From Octopus bimaculoides (lineage: Eukaryota): a stretch of 58,005 bases of DNA. The stretch is taken from NCBI RefSeq assembly GCF_001194135.2, contig NC_068992.1, positions 48,180,976 through 48,238,980 of the forward strand. Direction: 5' to 3'. The notes below the pieces were generated by a model, which was not told where the DNA came from, made no database searches, and saw nothing but the letters and a program-made list of their open reading frames with translations. Shown here one piece after another: positions 27,512 through 40,550 of this stretch (its first letter is position 1; each line of letters begins with the position of its first letter). A program made the translations under genes and the position numbers.

Positions 27512-27749
27512 ACTCTTTTACTCTTTTACTTGTTTCAGTCATTTGACTGTGGCCATGCTGGAGCACCGCCTTGAGTCAAATCAAATCGACCCCAGGACTT
27601 ATTCTTTGTAAGCCTAGTACTTATTCTATCGGTCTCTTTTGCTGAACCGCTAAGTTACGGGGACGTAAGCACACCAGCATCAGTTGTCAAGCGATGTTGG
27701 GGGGACAAACACAGACACACAAACACACACATACATACATACATACATC

Positions 27750-27792
<43 letters not shown>

Positions 27793-27948
27793 GACGGGCT
27801 TCTTTCAGTTTCTGTCTACCAAATCCACTCACAAGGCTTTGGTCGGCCCGAGGCTATAGTAGAAGACACTTGCCCAAGGTGCCACGTAGTGGGAATGAAC
27901 CCGGAACCATGTGGTTGGTAAGCAAGCTACATACCACACAGCCACTCC
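27512..27948 (-). mobile_element. Full-length SINE, head + (TA)n + tail A, young copy
   Basis: Reverse complement of 14285-14727 with few differences. Confidence 0.95.
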
Positions 27949-28416
27949 AGCACCCTATATTATTTCCAAATGATTGTCACCACTAAGCAAGCTATGTCAT
28001 TTTCCTTCATTTTTTTTGTTTTGTTTTTGCCAATGTTCCATGAAGACATGTCCATTTATGGGCAAATATTACCTTTTGTGGAAAGACATTGGTGACAGGG
28101 ACGGCACCATCACCTGAGAAAATCAGCCTCAGCGAAGTAGGGGGAAAACGAACGTTAAAATCATTGATGATGATGATGACGTTGATGATAATGATATACA
28201 GATACTCCGTCTATTCATAGAATTAGAATCTCATTTCCATTATGCTTCAATAAAACTCCAAATAGTCCTTAACCATTTTTGAATGTCATCACCATCTCCA
28301 ATATCATCGGTCATCATCATCATCATCATCATCATCTTCCTCATTAACTCAGTCTCACCATCACCATCATCAATATCATCATGAATGCAGCCTATCACAA
28401 TCACGGATATTTATTA

Positions 28417-28457
<41 letters not shown>

Positions 28458-28919
28458 GATATATATATACATATAAATAGATATATACACACTCATCTAC
28501 ATACATACATATATACTTACATATACATATAAATATATATATATATACACATGTGTGTGTGTGTGTGTACATATATACACACACACACATACATATGTGT
28601 ATATATACACATGCACATAGACACGTACACACACATGTGCTCACACAGAGCCATCCCTTTACACTAAATTATATCCATTTCTTCATTTAGGTTAATTAGT
28701 TTTTGAAATATTTTTACTTTACAATATTTAAAATAAATAATTTCTAACATTTTATTCTTTTACTGTCTTGTTTATATTTATTTGTTTAGTTGTTTTTGTT
28801 TTCGGAAAATTTCTTCTTCTTTTTCCCTTTTTGTTTTATGTATTTTCTGTTTCGGCTAATATTGAATTACAATATGATGATGATGATGATGATGATGCCA
28901 ATGAAGATGGTGATGATGG

Positions 28920-28950
<31 letters not shown>

Positions 28951-29260
28951 GTTGATGACGATGCCAATGGAGATGCTGGTGGTGGTGTTGACAGTGTACA
29001 CGGTGGTAATGGTGCTATGATGATGATGATGATCATGATCATGACAATGATGATGATGAGGGTGACGATAGAGATGGTGTTTGTGGTGTTGGTACTGCTG
29101 CTGCTGCTGTTGGGGTTGGTGCTGATGTTGGCTGTGTCGTGGTGGTGATGAATTATTGATCTGTAAAGATTTTTGTTTCCAAAATAGCCAATATAATTTT
29201 CTTCTTTCATATCACTTTGTTATTGATTTTTAAATTCAAAAAGAAGTTGTCTGTCAACTC

Positions 29261-29354
<94 letters not shown>

Positions 29355-29700
29355 TGTGTGTGTCTGTGAATGTTTGTATCCATTTGAGTATATGTGTGCA
29401 TATACACACACGCATACACACATATATATGTGAATATAGATATGTATGTATATATATGTTCATATCTTTTGAGAGAGAGGGCATCAGGCATGGTATTTGA
29501 TATCACCCATCACTGGTTAATAAGAAAAGGAATTACAGCTAAGACGATAATCATTTATTCCAATTGGTAGGTGTCGCCATCTCTATGTATGTGTTAGCAC
29601 TAAGTTACCTAATCTACACATCACTGAGGATAGCCTTCTGTCTTCGATAGGTTTTGAAATATTGTATGACAACATAATAGTTTTAGATATATCTTACTAG

Positions 29701-30021
29701 GGTCCCGCATGTTTGCATGGTAAGAAGTTTGCTTCCTAACCACATGGTTTTGGGTTCAATCTCACTGTGTGGTACCTTGGGCAAATATCTTCAACTATAG
29801 CCTCAGGCTAGTCAAAACCTTGTAAGTGGATTTGATAGATGGGAACTGAAAGATGATCATAGTGTGCGTGTGTGGTTGGAATTAGGAAGGACATCCAGCT
29901 GTAGAAACTCTGCCAGATCAGATTGGAGCCTGGTGCAGCCCTCTGGCTTGCCAGTCCTCAGTCAAATCGTCCAACCCATGCTAGCATGGAAAGCGAACGT
30001 TAAATGATGATGATGATGATG
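29701..30021 (+). mobile_element. SINE, head + short TG spacer + tail B
   Basis: CTAACCACATGGTTTTGGGTTCAAT...ACCTTGGGCAAAT...GAACTGAAAGA, then AGGAAGGACATCCAGCTGTAGAAACTCTGCCAGATCAG...(GAT)n. Confidence 0.88.
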
Positions 30022-31068
30022 ACATACATGCTTGATATTGGTACCATGATATTTAAAATCATATTGATTCTTCATTTAGAACTGATATGAATAAATATCA
30101 ACTAAAGTGGGGGTGATTACAGCAATGGTAGCAGCAACAGTAGTAGTAGTAGCAGCAGGAGCAGCAGATGTAGTATCAATAGCAATAACAACACCTATAT
30201 AGTGGTCTACATAAATTTTAAGAGTACGTTTGACTAAGACAAATTAGTTTTATGCAAAACAAAATGAAAATCCTATTCTGCAATTTATTACTGACATTAT
30301 AGGTTATAGCTGCTTCATTCATGAAAAAAAGAAAAGAAAAACAACCTATGGTAGTAAGGAAGTTTTATGGGAGTAGGCAGGGTGGAGTTTTTTGCCCGTG
30401 TTTTTTTTTTTCAAGGGCTAAATACTTAAAACAGCTTTTCTTTTGGTTTTTTTGGTTCTTTGTTTTTTTTCACGCAATTTATTAAACATTATTAATAGCT
30501 GGATCACAACAACAACAGCCAAGTCTTTTAGACAAAGAATTTTCACCAAAGAAATGAGACAAAAGGAGGTGAAAAAAACCAAAAAGACAAAAAAATAAAT
30601 AAATGAACATAAAAATAAATAAAAATATAAAAAATAAACAAAAAGCATCCAAAGAATAAAAAGAAACAACAACAACAAAAGCAGAGAATAAAATAAGGAA
30701 AATGTTATTGGAACCGACAAACCTACGATATATTGGTTGCTGATCGATTGTGTTAACTACTATGAAGGCAGAACGGCTATTGGAATTCCCAACTCTAAAT
30801 GCTTCATCGATACTTAATTCCCAGAGACATTTAATCATATTACTTCCTTGACACAACATTCAACTCATTAAGGCACCATCTGAATGTCTTACATTCTAAC
30901 TATCGATTGTATATAGTATTTTATACTCAATTATCAAACACTTCTTATGCTATAATAGTTGATACCAGATTCTTATCAGTAGCATCGCAAAAAGTCGATT
31001 TACCGTTGCAGTCTTTTGACGGTTTCTTTAAATTTTTTTTTTTATGTTATTTCTTTCAGAATTGTTGC

Positions 31069-31108
<40 letters not shown>

Positions 31109-31643
31109 GCATTTGATTTCTTTATAGCGTTTGACAGATTGGTTTGAAACTGGGTTGTAACATTCGGTTAATGCATGGCAACATCAGTGGTTCCAGGTGA
31201 AAGGCTTTTCCTTTCACTCACAGAACAACTTCTTTGTTGAAATACAAACTACAATGAGAGAGGAAGACAGTAGAATTGTCTGTATTTCTGTTTACGTGAT
31301 GTGTGATAAAGGTGTAACATATATGTAACACAGGGCGTAACAGTTGAACAGTCATGTAACAGACATGTAACATCTACATACACACATATCAATGTATGTG
31401 TTTGTATATATATATGTATATATATATGTATATCTATCTATCTATCTATCCATATATATATATATATATAGGTGTGTGTGTGTGTGTATATATGTATATG
31501 CGATCACATATATTTATGTATGCATACATAAAAATATATAAGGATATTATTGTTAATAGTTTATAATAATATCAGTGGCTAGCATGTTGTGAAAGAACCA
31601 TAAAGGCAAGATTATTAATTAATAATGAAGGGTACTACGTGTA

Positions 31644-31902
31644 CCACCAGCTTGCTAAAGATAGCAGTCAAAACAACTTGAAACCACAGTTTTCACTTGT
31701 AAACAAGGGTGAAATCGAGGGAAAGAGAAATATAAATTTTAAGACCCCATGCCATAGACAAAAAGAATTGAAAATGAAAATCTTTTTGTCTACAGTTCAG
31801 GGTCTTATAATTTTATAGCCCTTTCCTTTGATTTCACCCTTGTATACAAGGAAAAACTGTGGTTTTGAGTCGTTTTGACTGTTATTTTTAGCTTGCTGGT
31901 GG
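31644..31902. repeat. Long foldback palindrome (arms of 123 and 122 bp, 14-nt loop); probable palindromic MITE
   Basis: Left arm 31644-31766 aligns to the reverse complement of 31781-31902 at about 80% identity by manual alignment (about 23 differences). Confidence 0.9.
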
Positions 31903-32060
31903 CTATGCTGGGACACAACATTGAAAAGTCTTTAGTACAACCCCTAGTACTTTTTTTTTCCAGCCTGGTTATTCTGTCTGAATCTTTGATAAGTAATGGG
32001 GACATAAACAAACCAACACTGGTTATCAAGCAGTGGTAAGAAGCAAGCACAAATGCAAAG
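31903..32060 (-). mobile_element. Degraded SINE tail A
   Basis: GCTATGCTGGGACAC...TAATGGGGACATAAACAAACCAACACTGGTTATCAAGCAGTGG matches 27550-27700. Confidence 0.6.
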
Positions 32061-32164
32061 ACACACAGAGAGACATATACTTATATACTTTATTTAACAT
32101 ATACTTTATATATATGTACTTTATATTTATATATAAATATTTATATATATTTATATATATACTT

Positions 32165-32320
32165 TATTTAACAAAACTGTCCAATGAACAGGAATGTGAA
32201 ACTCCGAGTAACAGATTTTTGTTATGTTTCTGCTGCTTTTAAATAAAGTATATTACTCTACCTCTGGTATTTGAGTACTCTTTTTTCCACCTTGTTGCAC
32301 ATTTATGTGCTTACTCAGGT
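32165..32320 (+). mobile_element. Short interspersed repeat carrying a decayed type I hammerhead-ribozyme fold
   Basis: 32170-32223 reads AACAAAACTGT-CCAATGA-ACA-GGAA-TGT-GAAAC-TCCGA-GTA-ACAGATTTTTGTT. All three helices can form; the core has A at the G5 position. Confidence 0.6.
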
Positions 32321-32401
32321 ATATATATATATATATATGTATATATATACACATACATACAGACATACTTACATATGTGTTTATGTGTGTGCGCGTGTGT
32401 T

Positions 32402-32432
<31 letters not shown>

Positions 32433-32458
32433 TTGTGTGCATCCAAACACATGTGCAG

Positions 32459-32592
32459 TGAGCTTCTTTCAGTTTCCTTCTAACAAATCTACTCACAGGG
32501 CTTTAGTCAGCCTGGGGTTATAGCAGATGACACTTGCCCAAGGTGGGTATGCAGTGGGAGTGAACCCAGAACCATGTGCTCAGGAAGCAAAT
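32459..32592 (-). mobile_element. SINE head, degraded
   Basis: GCTTCTTTCAGTTTCC...AAATCTACTCACAGGGC...GACACTTGCCCAAGGTG...TGAACCCAGAACCATGTG matches 27795-27948. Confidence 0.8.
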
Positions 32593-35500
32593 GCACACAC
32601 ACACACACCCCACCCACACACACACTCACACACACACACAAGCATGTGTGCACACACATACAACTGTATCACTGATTATCAGCAGCTGTTATGCACAGCT
32701 GCTGACAATGCACTTCCAAGTCTTTCTTAATTGCACTTTTGTTTCCCATCTTGGCTCACATCATTTAACTAAATCATCTTCCATCATTTGGGAAGCCTTA
32801 GATATTTACATATATGTGTGTGTGTGTGTGTGAATGTCTACCTTTACAATTTATTGTTCTTACCTGTTCTTTATCATTTACGAAACCTCTTAGATTGATG
32901 TGCCAAACACTTCTGATGCTCACCTTGAACTTAGATAGGTGGATGCCTTCAAGAAAAATGTGAGCCATAAGAAGTTTCCGTGGGATTCAGATTTTGAGGA
33001 GGAAGGATTGTGAGAGGTATTAAATGCAAGGTTTTCAAAGACAGAACGTGTTAAGGATGATTGGAAATATGGAAAGAAGCAGATGGGGAGAAGTGGTTTG
33101 GAGAGGGTTGGAATAACTACAGATGGATGTGAAGAAATCTGGAAAAGCTTTGTCAGATGTGCCGAGAAAATGGTAAGTGGTAATGTAGGGTGGGNNNNNN
33201 NNNNNNNNNNNNNNNNNNNNNNNNNNNNNNNNNNNNNNNNNNNNNNNNNNNNNNNNNNNNNNNNNNNNNNNNNNNNNNNNNNNNNNNNNNNNNNNNNNNN
33301 NNNNNNNNNNNNNNNNNNNNNNNNNNNNNNNNNNNNNNNNNNNNNNNNNNNNNNNNNNNNNNNNNNNNNNNNNNNNNNNNNNNNNNNNNNNNNNNNNNNN
33401 NNNNNNNNNNNNNNNNNNNNNNNNNNNNNNNNNNNNNNNNNNNNNNNNNNNNNNNNNNNNNNNNNNNNNNNNNNNNNNNNNNNNNNNNNNNNNNNNNNNN
33501 NNNNNNNNNNNNNNNNNNNNNNNNNNNNNNNNNNNNNNNNNNNNNNNNNNNNNNNNNNNNNNNNNNNNNNNNNNNNNNNNNNNNNNNNNNNNNNNNNNNN
33601 NNNNNNNNNNNNNNNNNNNNNNNNNNNNNNNNNNNNNNNNNNNNNNNNNNNNNNNNNNNNNNNNNNNNNNNNNNNNNNNNNNNNNNNNNNNNNNNNNNNN
33701 NNNNNNNNNNNNNNNNNNNNNNNNNNNNNNNNNNNNNNNNNNNNNNNNNNNNNNNNNNNNNNNNNNNNNNNNNNNNNNNNNNNNNNNNNNNNNNNNNNNN
33801 NNNNNNNNNNNNNNNNNNNNNNNNNNNNNNNNNNNNNNNNNNNNNNNNNNNNNNNNNNNNNNNNNNNNNNNNNNNNNNNNNNNNNNNNNNNNNNNNNNNN
33901 NNNNNNNNNNNNNNNNNNNNNNNNNNNNNNNNNNNNNNNNNNNNNNNNNNNNNNNNNNNNNGCATACACACACACACACACAAACACACATGCATGTATG
34001 CACACACATATACACATACATATATATATTTGGCTATTTAGGTACATGTATATATATCAATGTATGTATATATATATATGTGTGTCTGTGTATATTATAT
34101 ATGCATTCATATACATATATGCATACACACACATATATACATTATATATATGTATATATACACATGCATTGATATATATGTATATAGATATATTAATGTG
34201 TGATTAGAATAGTGTGTGTGTAGGTATGTATTTGTGTGTGTGCATGTGTGTGTGTTTGCATGTGTGTGTGTGTGTCTGTGTCTATATGTGTCTTGAATAT
34301 ACTTATTCTAAAATGGAGCGAAATTGCGAGGAAAAGAAGGCAATTATAGGGTAAATCTAACTCCTCGCTACTCCTGTCCTCCACACACAGACGTACAGCT
34401 ACCATATTTGTTAAGACATTTATGGAGTAATGACGGGAGATTAACAGAGCAAAAGAGAGAGAGTGAGTGAGTGAGTGAGTGATTGAGAGAAGCTAAAAGA
34501 GAAAGACTATGGGAAGACAAACAGAGAGAAAGAGACACATTCAAGAGAGACTGAGAAAGAGAGAGAGAGAGAGAGAGAGATGGAGAAAGAAGGAGTCATT
34601 GAATATATGTTAATATATAGACAAAATGTCAGTAAGGTGCATAAGGGCTAAGGTGTGCTCGTACTTGCAGCATTAGGAGTATGAGCATATGTGTATGCAT
34701 TTACACACACACACATAAGCATGTGTGTGTGTGTGTGTGTATCTGTATGAATGTATGTATATATATATATATATATATGTATCTGTGTATATGTGTATAT
34801 ATATATATATAAATATATATATGTATATATATATGTGTGTACATATACACATACACACACACACATTCACACACACACACACACATATAAATGCATATAT
34901 ACATCTCTGTGTGCGTGAGCATAAATGGACCATTGCATTCGCTATAGAGAAGCTAGTTCAGTCAGTCCAGAATACAAATATTGAAAAAAAAAAAAAGGAA
35001 AAAAGAAAATTAGAGAATTTGGTTCATTCCACCATCTATAGGGAAACTAATGAACCAATTCCAAAAGAAAATCAAATCAGCCTTATTTACCTCCACCTAG
35101 CACCCCTCCCCTCACTATATACATACATACACATATATANNNNNNNNNNNNNNNNNNNNNNNNNNNNNNNNNNNNNNNNNNNNNNNNNNNNNNNNNNNNN
35201 NNNNNNNNNNNNNNNNNNNNNNNNNNNNNNNNNNNNNNNNNNNNNNNNNNNNNNNNNNNNNNNNNNNNNNNNNNNNNNNNNNNNNNNNNNNNNNNNNNNN
35301 NNNNNNNNNNNNNNNNNNNNNNNNNNNNNNNNNNNNNNNNNNNNNNNNNNNNNNNNNNNNNNNNNNNNNNNNNNNNNNNNNNNNNNNNNNNNNNNNNNNN
35401 NNNNNNNNNNNNNNNNNNNNNNNNNNNNNNNNNNNNNNNNNNNNNNNNNNNNNNNNNNNNNNNNNNNNNNNNNNNNNNNNNNNNNNNNNNNNNNNNNNNN

Positions 35501-36903
35501 NNNNNNNNNNNNNNNNNNNNNNNNNNNNNNNNNNNNNNNNNNNNNNNNNNNNNNNNNNNNNNNNNNNNNNNNNNNNNNNNNNNNNNNNNNNNNNNNNNNN
35601 NNNNNNNNNNNNNNNNNNNNNNNNNNNNNNNNNNNNNNNNNNNNNNNNNNNNNNNNNNNNNNNNNNNNNNNNNNNNNNNNNNNNNNNNNNNNNNNNNNNN
35701 NNNNNNNNNNNNNNNNNNNNNNNNNNNNNNNNNNNNNNNNNNNNNNNNNNNNNNNNNNNNNNNNNNNNNNNNNNNNNNNNNNNNNNNNNNNNNNNNNNNN
35801 NNNNNNNNNNNNNNNNNNNNNNNNNNNNNNNNNNNNNNNNNNNNNNNNNNNNNNNNNNNNNNNNNNNNNNNNNNNNNNNNNNNNNNNNNNNNNATATATA
35901 CTTATATGATATATGTGTGTATGTATATTCCGGTTTCGTTCACCTCCGGTATTTTCATTTCCGGTATCTCTACATCCGGTATTGTTTTGTTTTTGATTTT
36001 TGTTTTATTCCCCCCCCCCCTTTTATTTTATGTTGTTTTTTTTCTTCAACTCTCCATTGATGTTGATGTTGCTGTTATTGATGTTGTTGCTGTTGTTGTT
36101 GCTCCTTTTCATTAATACGATGCCGTCGGCAAACAACAGTGTTAACAAAAAGCATGTTCGCTTTTCCAAACTGCCGCCGGCACTGTGGTAACTCAACGAG
36201 AACAGAAACAATTACAATAACAACAACAATAACAGCAGTAACAAAAACAATAAGAACAAAAATAATCATGCCGGCAATAATAGGTTGTCTTTTTTTTTTC
36301 TCAAAACTTTGGTACAATGGGTACATGTATTTGTCGGAGAATTAGCTACAGTCAAATCAATTGACGTTATATTACAGCTACTTCTGTTATTACCCCTAAA
36401 AAGCCCTGAATTTGTGAATAACAAAAATTTGCTGGCATGTTGGAATGGTTTATCAGCTTCTTTTACAGCCAGGGAACACACACACATGTATATAAATGTA
36501 TGCATGTATGTACATATGTATGTGTGGAGGCACAATGGCCCAGTGGTTAGGGCAGATTTTGTCCCTTCTCCAATTGCTAAATGTCCTGTAATTTGAAATC
36601 TTAATTGTTGATATGACATGGTATGTCATAAGTGTCTGTATATTGTGTTTTTTGTCAATTTAGTTATAAAATAAACAGATTAATCAACGGAATACAGTGT
36701 CTGCAAATTGATGAGTACCTCATATTCCCCTCCATTTTCTTATTGCTATATAAATTTAGGGTAAAATAACCCCCTTTTACCTGCACCCACTTATTGCACT
36801 TGGTATAACACTAGTGTAACAATATTTGGGCACCCTCCCAGCAGTATATTGGATATATATTATCCCTTAGTGGGTTGGATCCTCAACCCCTAACTCTCTT
36901 GGA

Positions 36904-36936
<33 letters not shown>

Positions 36937-36954
36937 AGAAGGATCAAAATCCTT

Positions 36955-37175
36955 CTCAAGTACTAGGTTCTTAAGTTCAGTTTCCTAGATTCCATGACAC
37001 ATATATTCCCCCTTTGATAGGGGCTGGTCTGTTGTAGGATTACTCATTTTTGCTGGTTGGGTGGACTAGATAATGGTGAAATGAAGGGTTACACTCAAAG
37101 ACACAATACATCACTCAGTCCAGGAATTGAAACAATAAGTATATGATGAGTGCAACAGCCTAACCACTAGGCCAT
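36955..37175 (-). mobile_element. Old SINE-like element (third family)
   Basis: Ends in CCAGGAATTGAAAC...ATGAGTGCAACAGCCTAACCACTAGGCC, the reverse complement of a tRNA-like head with A and B boxes. A related plus-strand head (GGAGGCACAATGGCCCAGTGGTTAGGGC) lies at about 36526. Confidence 0.45.
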
Positions 37176-37179
37176 GTAG

Positions 37180-37180
<1 letters not shown>

Positions 37181-37243
<63 letters not shown>

Positions 37244-37244
37244 G

Positions 37245-37312
<68 letters not shown>
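37181..37312. repeat. Compound (CA)28-TA spacer-(TG)31 self-complementary microsatellite
   Basis: An uninterrupted 132-bp pyrimidine/purine alternation whose two halves are reverse complements. Confidence 0.95.
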
Positions 37313-37314
<2 letters not shown>

Positions 37315-37486
37315 GAGAGTTCATGTGCCAACAGGTTTTGGGGTATGATGATATGCTATAAAGCTAAGTGCTTTATGGTCATCAAAACTCAGAGTAAACC
37401 CATAGACTGGCCTTATCTATCATTATACTATACAGCTCCATAGCTTAGTGTGCTTCTATTTTGGATTTATGATTTACCAACGATCG

Positions 37487-37531
<45 letters not shown>

Positions 37532-37541
37532 NNNNNNNNNN

Positions 37542-37578
<37 letters not shown>

Positions 37579-38583
37579 TACACTCACAAAGTCACAAACT
37601 TATATATTTGTATGTATACAAATATATGTATGCATATACAAACATGTATATATTTGAATATGTGTAAACATATACATATATATATATATATACGTATGTG
37701 TATGTGTATGTTTGCATATATGCATATACATACTTTCCATTTGTATGTTTCTGAAAATCAACAGTACTCAAACGAAGAGTAAACAAGTGTAACAAGATAA
37801 AAAAAAATAAAAAAATGATCCAAGAATTTTAAGTGACAGTCTTAATGACAACAACAACAACAACAACAGCAAAGAAACAAACCATTATCTTGAGAAATTC
37901 TTCAAATCTCAATCTAAATTCTTCCTCAATTTTCGAATGAATTTTTTGCTTCAGTTTGGTGTGTTGGAGTGTGGGAATTGTCTTCAAAATTGCCATTATT
38001 TTTGTACATATTCTAATTCCAATCATTTTTATTGCTTCATCTAAATGCACTATGTGTGTTGTATGTGTGTGTGTGTGTGTGTGTGTGTGCATGCATGTGT
38101 ATGTGTAGGTGTGTGTGTGTATGCATGTAAATATATATATACATATATTTATATGTATATGTATGTATATGTATGCATATATATATATANNNNNNNNNNN
38201 NNNNNNNNNNNNNNNNNNNNNNNNNNNNNNNNNNNNNNNNNNNNNNNNNNNNNNNNNNNNNNNNNNNNNNNNNNNNNNNNNNNNNNNNNNNNNNNNNNNN
38301 NNNNNNNNNNNNNNNNNNNNNNNNNNNNNNNNNNNNNNNNNNNNNNNNNNNNNNNNNNNNNNNNNNNNNNNNNNNNNNNNNNNNNNNNNNNNNNNNNNNN
38401 NNNNNNNNNNNNNNNNNNNNNNNNNNNNNNNNNNNNNNNNNNNNNNNNNNNNNNNNNNNNNNNNNNNNNNNNNNNNNNNNNNNNNNNNNNNNNNNNNNNN
38501 NNNNNNNNNNNNNNNNNNNNNNNNNNNNNNNNNNNNNNNNNNNNNNNNNNNNNNNNNNNNNNNNNNNNNNNNNNNNNNNNNNN

Positions 38584-38619
38584 ACGGAAACTGAAAGAAG
38601 CCTGTCGTATATATGTGTG

Positions 38620-38661
<42 letters not shown>

Positions 38662-38880
38662 TGTGTTTGTCCCCCCAACTGGCCTCATGCCTGTGGCATG
38701 TAAAAAGCACCCACTACACTCTCGGAGTGGTTGGCGTTAGGAAGGGCATCCAGCTGTAGAAATTATGCCAGATGAGATTGGAGTCTGGTGTAACCATCTG
38801 GTTCGCCAGTCCCCAGTCAAGTCGTCCAACCCATGCTAGCATGGAAAGCAGACGTTAAATGATGATGATGATGATGATGA
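38584..38880 (+). mobile_element. SINE: end of head + (TG)n + first bases of tail A, switching to tail B
   Basis: ACGGAAACTGAAAGAAGCCTGTCG...(TG)n...TTTGTCCCCCC, then AACTGGCCTCATGCC...AAAAGCACCCACTACACTCTCGG...(GAT)n. Confidence 0.88.
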
Positions 38881-39499
38881 TATGTATAAGAGATGACAAA
38901 GGAATAAGCAATTATTTGTCTGTCATTTCTTTCTTATCACTGCTCTATATTTGACAAATGTGTTGTTCTGAAGCATACGTATATTGAGTTCTACACCAGA
39001 TTATTGGTATTGCAGTGCCTTATCAAAATATTTATATATATATATTTTTATATATATATATATATACAGGCACATATCTACACATATCCATGTGTGTGTG
39101 TATTTATGTCTATGTATATTATATGTAAACATCTATACACATATAACTATTTATATAGCTCACTCTTCTCTCTTGTTACATCTATGTGACTGGCTATCAG
39201 CAGCTGTTTTTTTTACAGCCTAATACTGTTATTGCTGCCATAGTTATTCTTGTTGTTGTCTGCATTTACTAACCAATCACTGCACCTAGATATTTGCAGT
39301 GTTCGATCATGGATTATATAGAATCAATGAATGAGAAAGAAATAAAATTTAACTGAGTGTAAAATATTTAAAATAAATAAATAAATAAATAAATAAATAA
39401 AACTCCATTAAAAAAAACTTCTTTTCATTATTGCCCCCCCCCCTCTTTCCCTCACATCCCCATACCACTTATGGATTTCAATTGGTTTTAATGAAGATT

Positions 39500-39715
39500 A
39501 AAGAATATTAGGAGCTTGCATGTTGTTGGTTGTTTAGTTGGTTTGCTGTTGTTGTTATTGTTGCTGTTGTTGGAATTAGAGACGGTGGTGGTGGCGGGGG
39601 TTGTGGTTGTGGTGGTGGTGGTGGTGGTGATGGTAGTAGTGGCGGTGGTGGTAGTGTTGTTATTGCTTGCCATTGCTGGTGGTGTTGGCATTAGTGCTGT
39701 TGATGATAACGATGA

Positions 39716-39746
<31 letters not shown>

Positions 39747-40550
39747 AGTAGTGGTGATGGTGGTGGTGTTGGTGGTGATAATGTTATTCTTGCTTGCCAT
39801 TGCTGTTGGTATTGGTGGTGATGATGATTATGGTGGTGTTGGTGGTGGTGGTGGTAGTGTTATTGCTTGCCATTGCTGGTGGTGTTGGCCGTAGTAGCGA
39901 TGATGGTGGTGGTAGTGGTGATGATGAGGATGGTGATCATGATATTTGTGGATGTGTTGCTGTTCTTGTTATTGTTGTTGTTGTTGTAGTTTGTGGTGGT
40001 AGTGGTGGTGGTGGTGGTGGTGATAGTGTTATTTTTTTGCTATCGCTGGTGACGTTGGTGTTAGTGGTGACAATGATGATGATGGTGATGATGATGGTGG
40101 TGGTGGTAGTGATGGAGGTGTTGGCGATGGCACTGGTGATCTTTCTTGTCAATGTGCAATTGATGTTGTTGTTGGCGTGGCTGTAGTTATTAGTGGCAGT
40201 GGAAGCTGTAGTAGTAGTGGTGGTGGTGATAGTGGTGGTAGTAGTAGTAGTAGTAGTAAGGGTGATGGTGGTGAGGGTGAGTCAAGTTGTGATGTATGTG
40301 ATGGTGGTGGTTTAGGATGTACTCTTGGTCTTGTTGTGAGTGGTGGTGGTGGTAGTAGTAGTGATTGTCGTGGGGGTAATGGTGATAGCGAAGGTGGTGT
40401 GGTGCAGAAGTGGCAGTGTTGATGTTGATGCTGCTGGTTGTTGTTGTTGTTGATGTATTGGCGGTAGTGGTGTGGTGAAGCTGGTTTAGGATGATAAGCT
40501 GTTGTTGTTGCTGTTGATGATGATGATGATGTTAGGAGGTAGTGGAAAAG
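39500..40550. repeat. About 1 kb of GGT/GAT/GTT low-complexity sequence
   Basis: Mixed trinucleotide runs; includes a locally repeated TTATTGCTTGCCATTGCTGGTGGTGTTGGC motif. Confidence 0.9.

Noticed and set aside
35015-35061. Hairpin TTGGTTCATT...AATGAACCAA as a pre-miRNA
   Set aside because: The stem is only about 13-14 bp and does not extend, which is too short for a Drosha/Dicer precursor.
36119-36188. MPSANNSVNKKHVRFSKLPPAL with an RVxF-like motif and a GTAACT donor
   Set aside because: It is short and embedded in low-complexity sequence with no supporting downstream exon; such motifs arise easily by chance.
37866-38035. Minus-strand open frame DEAIKMIGIRICTK...EEEFRLRFEEFLKIM
   Set aside because: The splice signals are weak (CA-repeat-adjacent acceptor, GTTTGT donor) and I recognise no homology.
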